Below, piece by piece: positions 38,347 through 47,479 of a stretch of DNA of 64,000 bases. The stretch is from Negativicutes bacterium. GTDB taxonomy: Bacteria > Bacillota > Negativicutes > UBA1444. The DNA lies in assembly GCA_963665275.2 (NCBI GenBank), contig CAXXIN010000013.1, forward strand, positions 192,001 to 256,000, written 5' to 3'. Below the pieces are notes generated by a model that was given only the letters and a program-made list of their open reading frames with translations, had not been told where the DNA came from and made no database searches. The translations under genes and the position numbers were made by a program. Numbering within the stretch: the first letter of the stretch is position 1; the number at the start of each line of letters is the position of its first letter.

Positions 38347-38919
38347 TTATTCGTCCGTGAACGCCTCCGGCGGAAATTTTTTCAGTTCTTTTTCATAGTC
38401 ATCCACTGCCACCGCGATGGCGGCTCCCATCCGCCATTGCTCCAGCGAATCGGTGAGCATTTCTCGGTCCACCACATTGGATATAAAGCCTCCTTCGACG
38501 AGCACCGCCGGGCAGTCAGTCTCCCTCAGCACCTGGAAGCTCGCTTCCTTGACGCCCCGGTCGTCGGTAAGCATGGCGTCGGTCATGCAGAACTGGATGC
38601 AGCGGGCCAGCTGCCGCCCTTTGATACTGCCGGGATAGTAGTACGTTTCTGTCCCGTCGGCATCTAGGTTCTCCGAACTGTTACAGTGGATGCTGATGAA
38701 CAGGTCGGCGCCCCACTGGTTGGCCCGTTCCGCCCGAAAGGCCAGCCCATCGCTTTCGATGTGCTTGGATCGAGTCAGAACGACCGCGTGTCCGCGCAGC
38801 TTGAGCTCCGCTCTGGCAAAGCGGGCGATGTACCAGTTGATGTCGGCTTCATTGAAACCGCCGGCGCACGCCCCAGGTTCCACGGGGCCGCTATGCCCCG
38901 GATCAAGTACGATTTTCAT
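38347..38919 (-). CDS. N-acetylmuramoyl-L-alanine amidase (Amidase_3), no signal peptide
   Basis: LDPGH, E, RAERAN..GADLFISIHCNS, PAVLVEGGFISN. Confidence 0.95.
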   Translation of the reverse strand: MKIVLDPGHSGPVEPGACAGGFNEADINWYIARFARAELKLRGHAVVLTRSKHIESDGLAFRAERANQWGADLFISIHCNSSENLDADGTETYYYPGSIKGRQLARCIQFCMTDAMLTDDRGVKEASFQVLRETDCPAVLVEGGFISNVVDREMLTDSLEQWRMGAAIAVAVDDYEKELKKFPPEAFTDE

Positions 38920-38955
38920 AACACAACCTCCCGCATATTTTTTTATTCCTGTCGA

Positions 38956-39083
38956 TTTATCCATCGCACAGCCTGTAAGACCCCGCCCTCTTAGGCCTTC
39001 GGATAAACAGGCTGTAGTTCGAAGTAAATTCGACTAAGATTCAGGTGGCGTTAAAACACCATCTGAATCAAGTCTACATTTAT
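38956..39083. repeat. bcr1-like / IS200-605-derived non-autonomous palindromic element
   Basis: TTTAT at both ends; GTAAGACCCC..., ACAGCCTGT/ACAGGCTGT and GATTCAGGTGG/CCATCTGAATC inverted repeats; layout recalls B. cereus bcr1. Confidence 0.6.
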
Positions 39084-39605
39084 TTACCGGTTTCCCAGAT
39101 TTCCTGCCAAGGCGCGAATTACGGCGCCCATCCCGGATAGCGCGAGCACTTTCTCGTTTTCCTGGTTTTCCCGCCGGCGGCTGCGCATCGACTCATAGAG
39201 CCGTAGGAAATGAGCCCGGTCCGCTTCGGGATTTTCTCCCCTACAGAGCTGCGGCCAGCCAATCGACTGCGCCGCCCGCTTAACCGTATCGCAGCTGTAT
39301 TTCGGCGCCCTATACGGTCCGATCTCTTGAATCAACCTGCCAACTTCCTCCCAGGCTTCGGCGGCAGTCGGCAACTTTTCATTCCGTGGATCAAGTTCAT
39401 TCGCCGCCGCCACAACCTGGGCCACGCTGGGGAAGAACTGTGATTCGCGGCACACCTTGATGATCGCCGCCTTGGCTACGATGACATCGAGATCGGAGAG
39501 CATCAACGTCCAGGCCTCGACAATCGGCCGAGGATCCCGGGCCTGCATTGCAGGATAGGAGCTGGATGCCATCGCCACCAGTGCCAAGGTTTCCTGTCGG
39601 GTCAT
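39084..39605 (-). CDS. Phage replicative helicase loader/inhibitor (G39P-like)
   Basis: MTRQET..L.....SYP......W..ML.D.......A.......S.FFPSVA; TAAEAWEEV; RAHFLRLYE. Confidence 0.8.
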   Translation of the reverse strand: MTRQETLALVAMASSSYPAMQARDPRPIVEAWTLMLSDLDVIVAKAAIIKVCRESQFFPSVAQVVAAANELDPRNEKLPTAAEAWEEVGRLIQEIGPYRAPKYSCDTVKRAAQSIGWPQLCRGENPEADRAHFLRLYESMRSRRRENQENEKVLALSGMGAVIRALAGNLGNR

Positions 39606-40462
39606 GCCGGCGCGCCCTGACGCGCCATCTCAGCCAACTTGTCAATGAAAGTTTGCGGGCGCCCAGTCTGCGGCTGCGGACTGGCCCGTTCCTCCAGGTA
39701 GCGGGAAATCACCCAGGTCGTGATGACTTTATAATCATCCCTGTATTCGCTGCATTTCCCCGGATGATTGGTTTTGTAAGCATCCAAAAGAGCGATGATC
39801 CGCTCTGCCCCGATCGCGCCATGCTCCAGGCACAGCCGTTCCCGCTCGTTCGGTTTCAAATAGACGGTATCCGCCTGCCGTTCGACTCCTTCGCGCAGCA
39901 TGGACGGGCAGGCTGTCTCCCGGTTTCGTCTGTTGCTCTGTTTTGGTTTCTCTCCTTCCCTCTCCTTTGCTTTAGTCTCTTCTGCTTTCCTTTCCTTTAC
40001 TTTGTCGGTTTCTGTCGGAATAGTTGCCGTTTCGGCGGAGTTATTCGCACAGAAACTCGCCGAAGGTTCATTTTCCAACGGTTTTTGCATACCGAAACCC
40101 GGCTTTTGCGGGGCGGCGCTTTTACGCCGATCAAACACCGGCTCCAGATTGCTGACGAAATGATCGCTCCAAACGATTTTCTCCGCCCACAATTCGGCAT
40201 CAATGGCTTCAATCTCTGACAGTTTGTCCAGAATGGCGGTGGCGACGGTTTCTGTCACCCGAGCCTTGGACAGCAGGTATTCCCAATCCGCCGAGCTGTT
40301 GCAGTTGTATGAAAAATCATTGGAGTCCCCCAGCAGCTCCAGCAGCTTGAACCAAAATGCATATCCGTCATTACCCCAGCGGGCTTCCAGAATCGCGATA
40401 GTTTTGCCGGTATGGGTCACATGAGGAAAATAGTCCACCTTCACTTTTGTCGGTCGTGCCAT
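39602..40462 (-). CDS. Phage replication initiator, DUF4373/Lin1244-like N-terminus
   Basis: MARPTKVKVDYFPH......ILEARWGNDGYAFWFKLLE; K/E-rich linker; overlaps loader and Cro genes. Confidence 0.8.
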   Translation of the reverse strand: MARPTKVKVDYFPHVTHTGKTIAILEARWGNDGYAFWFKLLELLGDSNDFSYNCNSSADWEYLLSKARVTETVATAILDKLSEIEAIDAELWAEKIVWSDHFVSNLEPVFDRRKSAAPQKPGFGMQKPLENEPSASFCANNSAETATIPTETDKVKERKAEETKAKEREGEKPKQSNRRNRETACPSMLREGVERQADTVYLKPNERERLCLEHGAIGAERIIALLDAYKTNHPGKCSEYRDDYKVITTWVISRYLEERASPQPQTGRPQTFIDKLAEMARQGAPA

Positions 40463-40668
40463 GTTGCGCCTCCCGGATCTATCAAAAATACCTGTGCGAC
40501 AGTTTTTCCCAGCGCCGCCGAAATTTCCCGCATCGTCTCCGCCCCCGGATTCCGCCGCTGTCCTTTGGCCAGCATGGAAACGTATTGCGCGGTAGTTCCT
40601 GCTAGTTCCGCAATGTACCGGTAGGTCAGTCCTTGCCGCACACGCCAATAATCAATCCTATTCTTCAC
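40441..40668 (-). CDS. Cro-like XRE HTH protein
   Basis: KNRIDYWRVRQGLT...IAELAGTTAQYVSMLAKGQRRNPG; GTG start after GGAGGTG. Confidence 0.85.
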   Translation of the reverse strand: MKNRIDYWRVRQGLTYRYIAELAGTTAQYVSMLAKGQRRNPGAETMREISAALGKTVAQVFLIDPGGATWHDRQK

Positions 40669-40893
40669 ATGTTCACCTCCCAATTTATAACAATGAATTC
40701 ATACTATCACGTTGGTTTTGTTCAAGCAAAACCGCTAACCACAACATAATTACCCCTCACAATGTCACACAATCGACGATAATCAAATACGTTTCAAATT
40801 ATTAAAATTACGCCCATTTACTTGAAGATAAGTAAACTAATAGTTTATAATGTGATTGATCCCCTACTGGTAATAGTAAAGGAGAAGGTGAAC

Positions 40894-41289
40894 ATGTTCG
40901 GTGAAAACTTGAGACGAATTATGAAGAAAAAAAATATAACTTCTCGATATTTGGCAGCGAAAATCGGCGTCACGGAAACGTATATCAGCTATTTATTGAC
41001 CGGCAAAAAGAAACCCAGCTTAAAAATCGTGGAAACCCTGACCGAGTTTCTCGACGTGAGCGTTTCTGATTTGATCACGAAAAAAGAACCTCCGCCTAAT
41101 GTAAAGCTGGAGGCTCTAGCCCAAAAATATGAGTCGGTACTTTTGGCAATGGAATCGATGAGGCCTGAGCTTGTCGCGGAGTTGTCTTCTCGAATCGAGG
41201 CCGCTGCCTGTTTGTTCCCGCGCACGGATGTATCAGCGAAAACGGACCAGGGCGGCGCCGCCTATTTGCGCAAGAAAAAAGTTGGCTGA
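40894..41289 (+). CDS. XRE-family repressor (CI-like, no peptidase domain)
   Basis: MFGENLRRIMKKKNIT...LAAKIGVTETYISYLLTGKKKPS; divergent from Cro-like gene. Confidence 0.88.
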   Translation: MFGENLRRIMKKKNITSRYLAAKIGVTETYISYLLTGKKKPSLKIVETLTEFLDVSVSDLITKKEPPPNVKLEALAQKYESVLLAMESMRPELVAELSSRIEAAACLFPRTDVSAKTDQGGAAYLRKKKVG

Positions 41290-41305
41290 AAGGCTGGGGT
41301 GCTTA

Positions 41306-42004
41306 ATGAAGTTGTTTCAAATCAGATTTTGGGTTATAGCAGTATTGGTTGCCGCAACTTTCGCATTGGGTCTCATGGAACAAGCTCAAGCGGCTCCTTC
41401 GAAAGCGGGGCAAACCATTACTTTGGAAAAACTGCTCAAGCAAAGTGCCACCCCTGTATATTTTAAGATGCCGGATAGTTTTTTCTACAAATTGACCATC
41501 GAAGGCGCTCCGATTGCTACCAAAGCGCAATGTGTCGCTTATTTACGTAAAACGAATCCTTTCCCCCTTATCTCAGTAAGTGTTGAGAAACTGGTCGATA
41601 TTTATTACCGGGAAGGCCAGAAAGAAAATGTGCGGCCGGACTTGGCGTTTGCACAGGCATTGTTGGAAACAGGGCATTTCAGTTATGGCGGGGATGTTTA
41701 CCCCCAGCAAAACAATTATGCCGGGATTGGCGCTACCGGAAACAAAGTTAAGGGAGCCTATTTCCCAACTGCAGAAATCGGGGTGCGAAGTCAGATACAA
41801 CACCTTCTGGCTTACGCTTCGGAACGACGGCCCCGCGAAAAAATCGTTGATCCGCGCTATGAGCTGCTGGCCAAGATTCCGGCAAAGCATGGAAAAATAA
41901 AGACGTGGATGGCACTTGGGGGTAATTGGGCGGTCCCGGGGGCAAATTACGGCGTCAACATCTTTAAAATACATAGTCGAATTCTAAATATGCCTGTGCT
42001 ATGA
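41306..42004 (+). CDS. Exported glucosaminidase-domain protein
   Basis: Signal peptide; AFAQALLETG.F.YGG....QNNYAGIG; QIQHL.AYA; VDPRY. Confidence 0.85.
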   Translation: MKLFQIRFWVIAVLVAATFALGLMEQAQAAPSKAGQTITLEKLLKQSATPVYFKMPDSFFYKLTIEGAPIATKAQCVAYLRKTNPFPLISVSVEKLVDIYYREGQKENVRPDLAFAQALLETGHFSYGGDVYPQQNNYAGIGATGNKVKGAYFPTAEIGVRSQIQHLLAYASERRPREKIVDPRYELLAKIPAKHGKIKTWMALGGNWAVPGANYGVNIFKIHSRILNMPVL

Positions 42005-42055
42005 TCTAATTGAATGAATGCAAAAAAGAGCGAGTGTTGTAGGAGGTGCAGAAGG

Positions 42056-44500
42056 ATGGATCCAGTGAGAAAAACGGTTACGGTAGAAGAGGTCAAAGAG
42101 GGAATTTTGAAGCATCTGTTGACTACGCAGGGACAGATTCCGGAGATCGCGTCGACTAACGATTACTATCAAGCGGTCGCCCACGCTGTACATGACATCA
42201 TCCTGCTCAAACTTGGCGAGAGTCTCAAATGGATGGTTCACAATAAAGACCACCGACTGATGTGTTATTTATCGGCGGAGTATCTGATCGGACCGCAACT
42301 GGGCAACAGCCTGATCTGTTTTGACGCTATGGATTTGGTGCGGCAGGCGGTAACCGAATTGGGCGTCGATTTTGATAAAATGCTTGATTGCGAAGATGAG
42401 CCCGGCCTCGGGAATGGAGGACTCGGCAGACTGGCGGCGTGCTATATCGATTCCTGCGCCACCACCGGCGTGCCAGCGATCGGCTATGGCATCCGCTATG
42501 AATTCGGCATTTTCAGCCAGGAGATTCACGAGGGCTGGCAGGTGGAAAAGGCCGATAAATGGCTGCGCCAAGGATTCCCCTGGGAAACGGCGAGGCCATC
42601 TCTGGCCCTTGATGTCGGTTTTGGCGGTCACACTCAATTCAGCACTGACGCAGAGGGACGAACCGTGGCCGTATGGCAGCCACAGGAGCGAGTCAAGGGA
42701 ATCCCTTGCGACATCGTCGTTCCAGCCTACGGTTCGAATTCAGTGAGCCTTTTGCGCCTGTTCAAAGCGGAAGCTACCGAGGCTTTCCATTTTGACGCCT
42801 TTAATTTCGGCAATTATTATGGTGCAGTCAACGACAAGGTTTTATCGGAAAACATTTCAAAAGTTCTCTATCCCAATGATGAGCAGTTTGAAGGAAAGCA
42901 GTTGCGATTGAAGCAACAGTATTTTTTTGTTAGTTGCGCGCTGCAGGATATGCTGCGGATTTTGGCGCTCCAAGGCCTCGGCGTGGAACATTTTGCGACC
43001 AAGTTTGCCGTGCAGCTCAACGACACGCATCCGTCGATTGCGGTGGCCGAGCTGATGCGTTTATTGGTAGATCAGCACCGCCTCCCCTGGGAAGAGGCGT
43101 GGGAAATCACCCGGGACGCTCTTGGTTATACGAATCACACCTTGCTGCCGGAAGCCTTGGAATGTTGGCCGATTTCTCTGTTTGCTCAGCTGTTGCCGCG
43201 TCATTTGGAAATCATATATGAAATCAACCAACGCTTCCTCGACTCCATACGCCCGCTATACCCAAACGATACGGGGAAAATCCAGCGCCTATCGTTGGTG
43301 GATGATGAGGGAAAGAAGATTCGCATGGCCAACCTGGCTTGCGTTGGCAGCCACGCCATCAACGGGGTTGCCGAGCTTCATTCCACGCTTCTCCAACAAA
43401 CGGTCTTGCGAGACTTTTACGAACTTTATCCGGAAAAATTCTGCAATGTGACGAACGGTGTCACGCCTAGGCGTTTCCTGGCCTTGGCCAATCAGGAGTT
43501 GACCGCGTTGATCAACGAGAAAATCGGCCAGGGCTGGATCAAAGATTTATACAAACTGAAAGAATTGGAGTCATTTGCCAAAGATGCCGATTTTCAACGC
43601 CGCTGGGCTGCAATCAAGCTGAATAACAAAAAGCGGCTGGCAGCGCTCATTGCCGAGCGAACAGGAATCAGCATCGATCCGAATTCGATGTTTGATGTGC
43701 AGGTCAAACGGATCCACGAATATAAACGCCAGCATTTGAATATCTTGCAGCTGATCGCGCAGTATAATCGGCTGAAACGCGGCGAGACAGCCGGGTTCGC
43801 CCCGCGCACCGTGATTGTCGCCGGCAAGGCGGCGCCGGGATATTATCTGGCAAAATTGATCATCAAGCTCATCAATTCTGTGGCGGAAGTCATCAACAAC
43901 GATCCAGATACGAATTCGCTGCTGAAAGTCGTATTCTTCCCCAATTACAGCGTTAAAAACGGCAACGTGATCTTCCCTGCCGCAGATCTATCGGAACAGA
44001 TTTCCACCGCAGGCAAAGAGGCTTCCGGCACAGGCAATATGAAACTGTCATTGAATGGGGCTCTTACCATCGGCACATTGGATGGTGCGAACGTTGAAAT
44101 CCGCCAGGAGGTCGGCAGCGAGAACTTCTTCCTGTTTGGCCTCATCACCGAAGAAGTAGAGCGGATCAAGCGGGAAGGCTATCGCCCCAGAAGCTATGTC
44201 GAGGGTAATCCGCTGCTGCAGGAAGTCATCGACCAATTGTCCAGCGGCGTTTTCTCGAGCGGCGACCGCGAATTGTTCCGCCCGTTGGTGGACTCCCTGC
44301 TGAATTGGGATGAATATATGGTGTTGGCTGATTTTGACGCCTATGACAAGTGCCATCAGCAGGTCGACCAGCTTTATCTGAATCAAAAAAAATGGACCCA
44401 AATGTCCATTTTCAATGTCGCACGCATGGGCAAGTTTTCATCGGATCGGGCAATACGCGAATATTGCCGTGATATCTGGAAGATAACCCCGCAATTGTAG
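42056..44500 (+). CDS. glgP: Glycogen/starch phosphorylase
   Basis: LGNGGLGRLAAC, QLNDTHP, KRIHEYKRQ, EASGTGNMK. Confidence 0.97.
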   Translation: MDPVRKTVTVEEVKEGILKHLLTTQGQIPEIASTNDYYQAVAHAVHDIILLKLGESLKWMVHNKDHRLMCYLSAEYLIGPQLGNSLICFDAMDLVRQAVTELGVDFDKMLDCEDEPGLGNGGLGRLAACYIDSCATTGVPAIGYGIRYEFGIFSQEIHEGWQVEKADKWLRQGFPWETARPSLALDVGFGGHTQFSTDAEGRTVAVWQPQERVKGIPCDIVVPAYGSNSVSLLRLFKAEATEAFHFDAFNFGNYYGAVNDKVLSENISKVLYPNDEQFEGKQLRLKQQYFFVSCALQDMLRILALQGLGVEHFATKFAVQLNDTHPSIAVAELMRLLVDQHRLPWEEAWEITRDALGYTNHTLLPEALECWPISLFAQLLPRHLEIIYEINQRFLDSIRPLYPNDTGKIQRLSLVDDEGKKIRMANLACVGSHAINGVAELHSTLLQQTVLRDFYELYPEKFCNVTNGVTPRRFLALANQELTALINEKIGQGWIKDLYKLKELESFAKDADFQRRWAAIKLNNKKRLAALIAERTGISIDPNSMFDVQVKRIHEYKRQHLNILQLIAQYNRLKRGETAGFAPRTVIVAGKAAPGYYLAKLIIKLINSVAEVINNDPDTNSLLKVVFFPNYSVKNGNVIFPAADLSEQISTAGKEASGTGNMKLSLNGALTIGTLDGANVEIRQEVGSENFFLFGLITEEVERIKREGYRPRSYVEGNPLLQEVIDQLSSGVFSSGDRELFRPLVDSLLNWDEYMVLADFDAYDKCHQQVDQLYLNQKKWTQMSIFNVARMGKFSSDRAIREYCRDIWKITPQL

Positions 44501-44543
44501 CAACTCCGTTACTGGGAAAAATGAACTTTGCGAGGTCGCCGTT

Positions 44544-45791
44544 ATGACCCCATCGATTAAGGCTAGCAACGCCGCCTTCCCCTTTGAAGATTCCATCCGG
44601 TTTATTTATGCGCTGGCCATGGCGATCGAGCAATACGCCGGTCATTCTCATGACACAGACCAGTTTTTGCACCGGATCATTCGGGTCCTGGAACTTCACG
44701 CCAATATCCACGCGACACCCAACTCCATGGTGATTGGACTTTGGCAGGAAGACGAGCTTCAGCAAAAAGTTTTCACTGTGACGAAACGGAATACTCAGTA
44801 TGACATGTCCCGACTATCCGAGATCATGGAAGTCGCCGCAGAACTGGAGGATAGGCGGATCAGCCCCGCCCAGGGATTAGCTCGGCTGCAACGGATCGAA
44901 GCCGCGCCAGCTCTCTATGGCTCTTGTTACAACGCCCTCACGTTTCTGGGCAGCGGCATGGCGTTCGGCGTGATCATGGGTCTGCCTTGGTTGGACGTTC
45001 TGCTCGGCGGATTTTTCGGTCTCACAGCCTATGGTTCTGAGGTTTTGGCCCGTCGCATCCCCGGAACAGGGTACGCCCTGGAGTTTCTCGTCGCCGCCGC
45101 TTCGGCGTTTTTGGCCGCCATCGCAGCCTTTCTGTCGCCAGGAATCCATGCGATAGCCTTGACAATCTGCGCCATCATCATCTATGTGCCAGGCTTCGGC
45201 CTCACCATCGCCCCGCGCGAAATCGTTCTGGGCGATACGCTGTCAGGGATCATCTATTTCACCAACGCGTTCTTCGTTTCCATCAAACTCTTGTTCGGCG
45301 CTTTCGCCGGTTTCGGCATCGCCGGCACTCTGTTCGTCCTGCCGGCAGTCGAAAAAGCAGCAGGAGTCCCTCATCTGTTCACCTGGATTTTTGCACCGAT
45401 TCTGCCGCTTTGCATCGCCATCCAGTTTGGCGTCTCCCCGCGCAGACTGTGGTTGGTCGTATCAGGCGCCCTGCTGGTTTGGGCCGGTGTCCAATTGGGC
45501 GGATTGCTGGGTTCCTGGCAAGGCGCTTTCCTGGGCGCGGTCATTCTGGCCGTTTTCTCCAAGTTGGCGGCTCTGCGGTTCAAAACGACGTCATTGACCG
45601 TCATTTTGCCAGTCGTCATGATCCTGGTTCCCGGCTTCGCTTTTGTCTCATTCCTATATACACTGCAAACGCAGGGAATTATCGTTGGGATCGATATGGG
45701 CTTGCAGGTATTCGCGACCCTCGCCGCGATCATTGGCGGATTTTTTCTCGGTGAGTTCATTGTATCGGCGGTCACGCCCAAAAAAAAATAG
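44544..45791 (+). CDS. Threonine/serine exporter (ThrE family)
   Basis: N-terminal soluble domain then about 10 TMs with two VPG motifs. Confidence 0.85.
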   Translation: MTPSIKASNAAFPFEDSIRFIYALAMAIEQYAGHSHDTDQFLHRIIRVLELHANIHATPNSMVIGLWQEDELQQKVFTVTKRNTQYDMSRLSEIMEVAAELEDRRISPAQGLARLQRIEAAPALYGSCYNALTFLGSGMAFGVIMGLPWLDVLLGGFFGLTAYGSEVLARRIPGTGYALEFLVAAASAFLAAIAAFLSPGIHAIALTICAIIIYVPGFGLTIAPREIVLGDTLSGIIYFTNAFFVSIKLLFGAFAGFGIAGTLFVLPAVEKAAGVPHLFTWIFAPILPLCIAIQFGVSPRRLWLVVSGALLVWAGVQLGGLLGSWQGAFLGAVILAVFSKLAALRFKTTSLTVILPVVMILVPGFAFVSFLYTLQTQGIIVGIDMGLQVFATLAAIIGGFFLGEFIVSAVTPKKK

Positions 45792-45863
45792 ACGGTCCCG
45801 CAATCGTCGAATCCTTCGCTGCGGGGTCGTCTATTTTCATGTCCAAATAATTTGTGCGGCGGC

Positions 45864-47099
45864 TTAGGCCGACTTGTAGACCTTGCCTGCTTTCATTACG
45901 AAGTTGACTTTTTCCATCACCGTGATATCCGTGAACGGATTGCCCGGCACAGCGATGATATCGGCGGTTTTCCCTGGAGCGAGGACTCCGAGATCGCTTT
46001 TCTGCAGCAACTCGGCAGCGACGCTGGTCGCGGCGCGCAAAGCTCGAAGCGGAGCTATGCCGTTGGTCACCATCTCGCCGAACTCCACTGCTCCGTTGGT
46101 ACTGTAGGGCAAGATGCCCATATCCGTGCCAAAGGCGATTTTTACGTTGCTTTTCGCGAGTATGGCAGCGGCCTCCAGCAGTTCTTTCCGGTATTTCCGC
46201 ACCTTGATTTTGCAGAAGGGGCTCATGCCACTGGACGTCCAGTAATCCTCGTCATTGGCGAACCGCGCCGATCTGGCGCCGGCATACTGGGTAGGAACCA
46301 CGAAAATCCCCTTGTCTTCCATGAGGGCGAACGTCTCTTTCGTTGCCATGCTGCCATGTTCAACGGAACGGACACCGGCGAGTACGGACATTCTGATGGC
46401 ATCATTCCCCACCAGATGCGCGGCAACCGATCGACCGAACTGGGTGGCGGTGGCAACGAGGACATTCATTTCTTCTTGCGTGTAGGAAACTTGGACCGGA
46501 TCATCGGCAGGCGAGGAAAAGCCGCCGGATGGGGCAAACTTGATCCATTCTGCGCCCCAGGCGATCTCTTCCCTCACCACCCGGCGAATCTCATCAGGAC
46601 CGTCCGCCAGGCAATTCTGCCAAGGACGGCAGTCCGGCGCAAGAATCATGGTAGCGTCCATATGGCCGCCTCTGGCGGAGATCATGTGCCCCGAGGTAAT
46701 CAGCCGCGCTCCTTCGATGATGCCATTTTCCAAGGCGCTCTTCACGTCCCTGATCGTGTAGCCGTGAACATCCATGTCGCCGCAATCCCGCACGGTAGTA
46801 AACCCGTTCATCAGGTGGATTTTCAACGCCGCAGCGCCCAGAATGGCTTTGTAACCGGCGCCAATCCCCCAGAAATTAGCCGTTCCCTCCGGCCTGCAAG
46901 TGATATGAACATGACAGTCGATGAGTCCAGGCATGACCATCCGGTCGGTCAGATCAATGTGCACGGCCTCTGGCGGCGCGGCGACAAAGGCGCCCACTTC
47001 CTGGATCACGCCATCCTTGACGAGAATCTTCGCAGGTCCCATCGGAGCATCGGCGACACCGTCCCAAAAGCCGCCTGCCGAAATGATGGTAGTTGTCAT
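45864..47099 (-). CDS. Metal-dependent amidohydrolase (Xaa-Pro dipeptidase-like)
   Basis: PGLIDCHVH, GFTTVRD, WIK, VAAH, VEHG, FGTD. Confidence 0.92.
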   Translation of the reverse strand: MTTTIISAGGFWDGVADAPMGPAKILVKDGVIQEVGAFVAAPPEAVHIDLTDRMVMPGLIDCHVHITCRPEGTANFWGIGAGYKAILGAAALKIHLMNGFTTVRDCGDMDVHGYTIRDVKSALENGIIEGARLITSGHMISARGGHMDATMILAPDCRPWQNCLADGPDEIRRVVREEIAWGAEWIKFAPSGGFSSPADDPVQVSYTQEEMNVLVATATQFGRSVAAHLVGNDAIRMSVLAGVRSVEHGSMATKETFALMEDKGIFVVPTQYAGARSARFANDEDYWTSSGMSPFCKIKVRKYRKELLEAAAILAKSNVKIAFGTDMGILPYSTNGAVEFGEMVTNGIAPLRALRAATSVAAELLQKSDLGVLAPGKTADIIAVPGNPFTDITVMEKVNFVMKAGKVYKSA

Positions 47100-47244
47100 G
47101 AAATTTCCCTCCCTTAGTAATCAAACATTTTTCTTCGATTTTTCGTTTTATCGCAGTATCTCACATTGATCGTGTCGAGCAACTCTTCGGTTAGACTGTG
47201 TTTGCTGGTCGCGATGTGGTTTTGGGGTATAGAAACGCTGGGTC

Positions 47245-47374
47245 TATGCCCTCAAGGTAAAATCCAATTTGACTGCCCCGACTCTCCATGTTATGTGAAC
47301 TTGATTTGTTTTGGGATGGTTACTTGTCCCTTATGTGTCACGGTTGCCCATGATTGCAGATTCGTCGCCAACAT
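47245..47374 (-). pseudogene. AbrB/MazE-type antitoxin remnant
   Basis: GGAGGT RBS; MLATNLQSWATVTHKGQVTIPKQIKFT* then GSQIGFYLEG in another frame. Confidence 0.65.
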
Positions 47375-47390
47375 ATCCATTACCTCCTGC

Positions 47391-47436
47391 ATTTATCATT
47401 ACTCTTTACTGTATAGTAATGATAAATTGCCGTCAA
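47391..47436 (-). promoter_or_regulatory. sigmaA-like promoter with 13-bp inverted-repeat operator
   Basis: TTGACG-17-TACAGT overlapped by ATTTATCATTACT...AGTAATGATAAAT. Confidence 0.55.
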
Positions 47437-47479
47437 TTCCTTGAATTTTGCAGCCTATTAACTTGGCCGATTTCTATTC

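Noticed and set aside
40463-40648. N-terminal extension of the 348-aa ORF 39602-40648
   Set aside because: Overlaps the Cro-like gene; the family N-terminus MARP starts at 40462.
40660-40900. GGTGAACATGT at both cro and repressor starts as SOS boxes
   Set aside because: Spacing does not fit the Firmicute CGAAC-N4-GTTCG box; it may only reflect RBS plus start codon.
45852-47117. Long antisense ORFs (e.g. 45852-47117 +, 53012-54385 +, 15499-16497 +)
   Set aside because: Shadow frames of GC-rich genes with clear motifs on the opposite strand.
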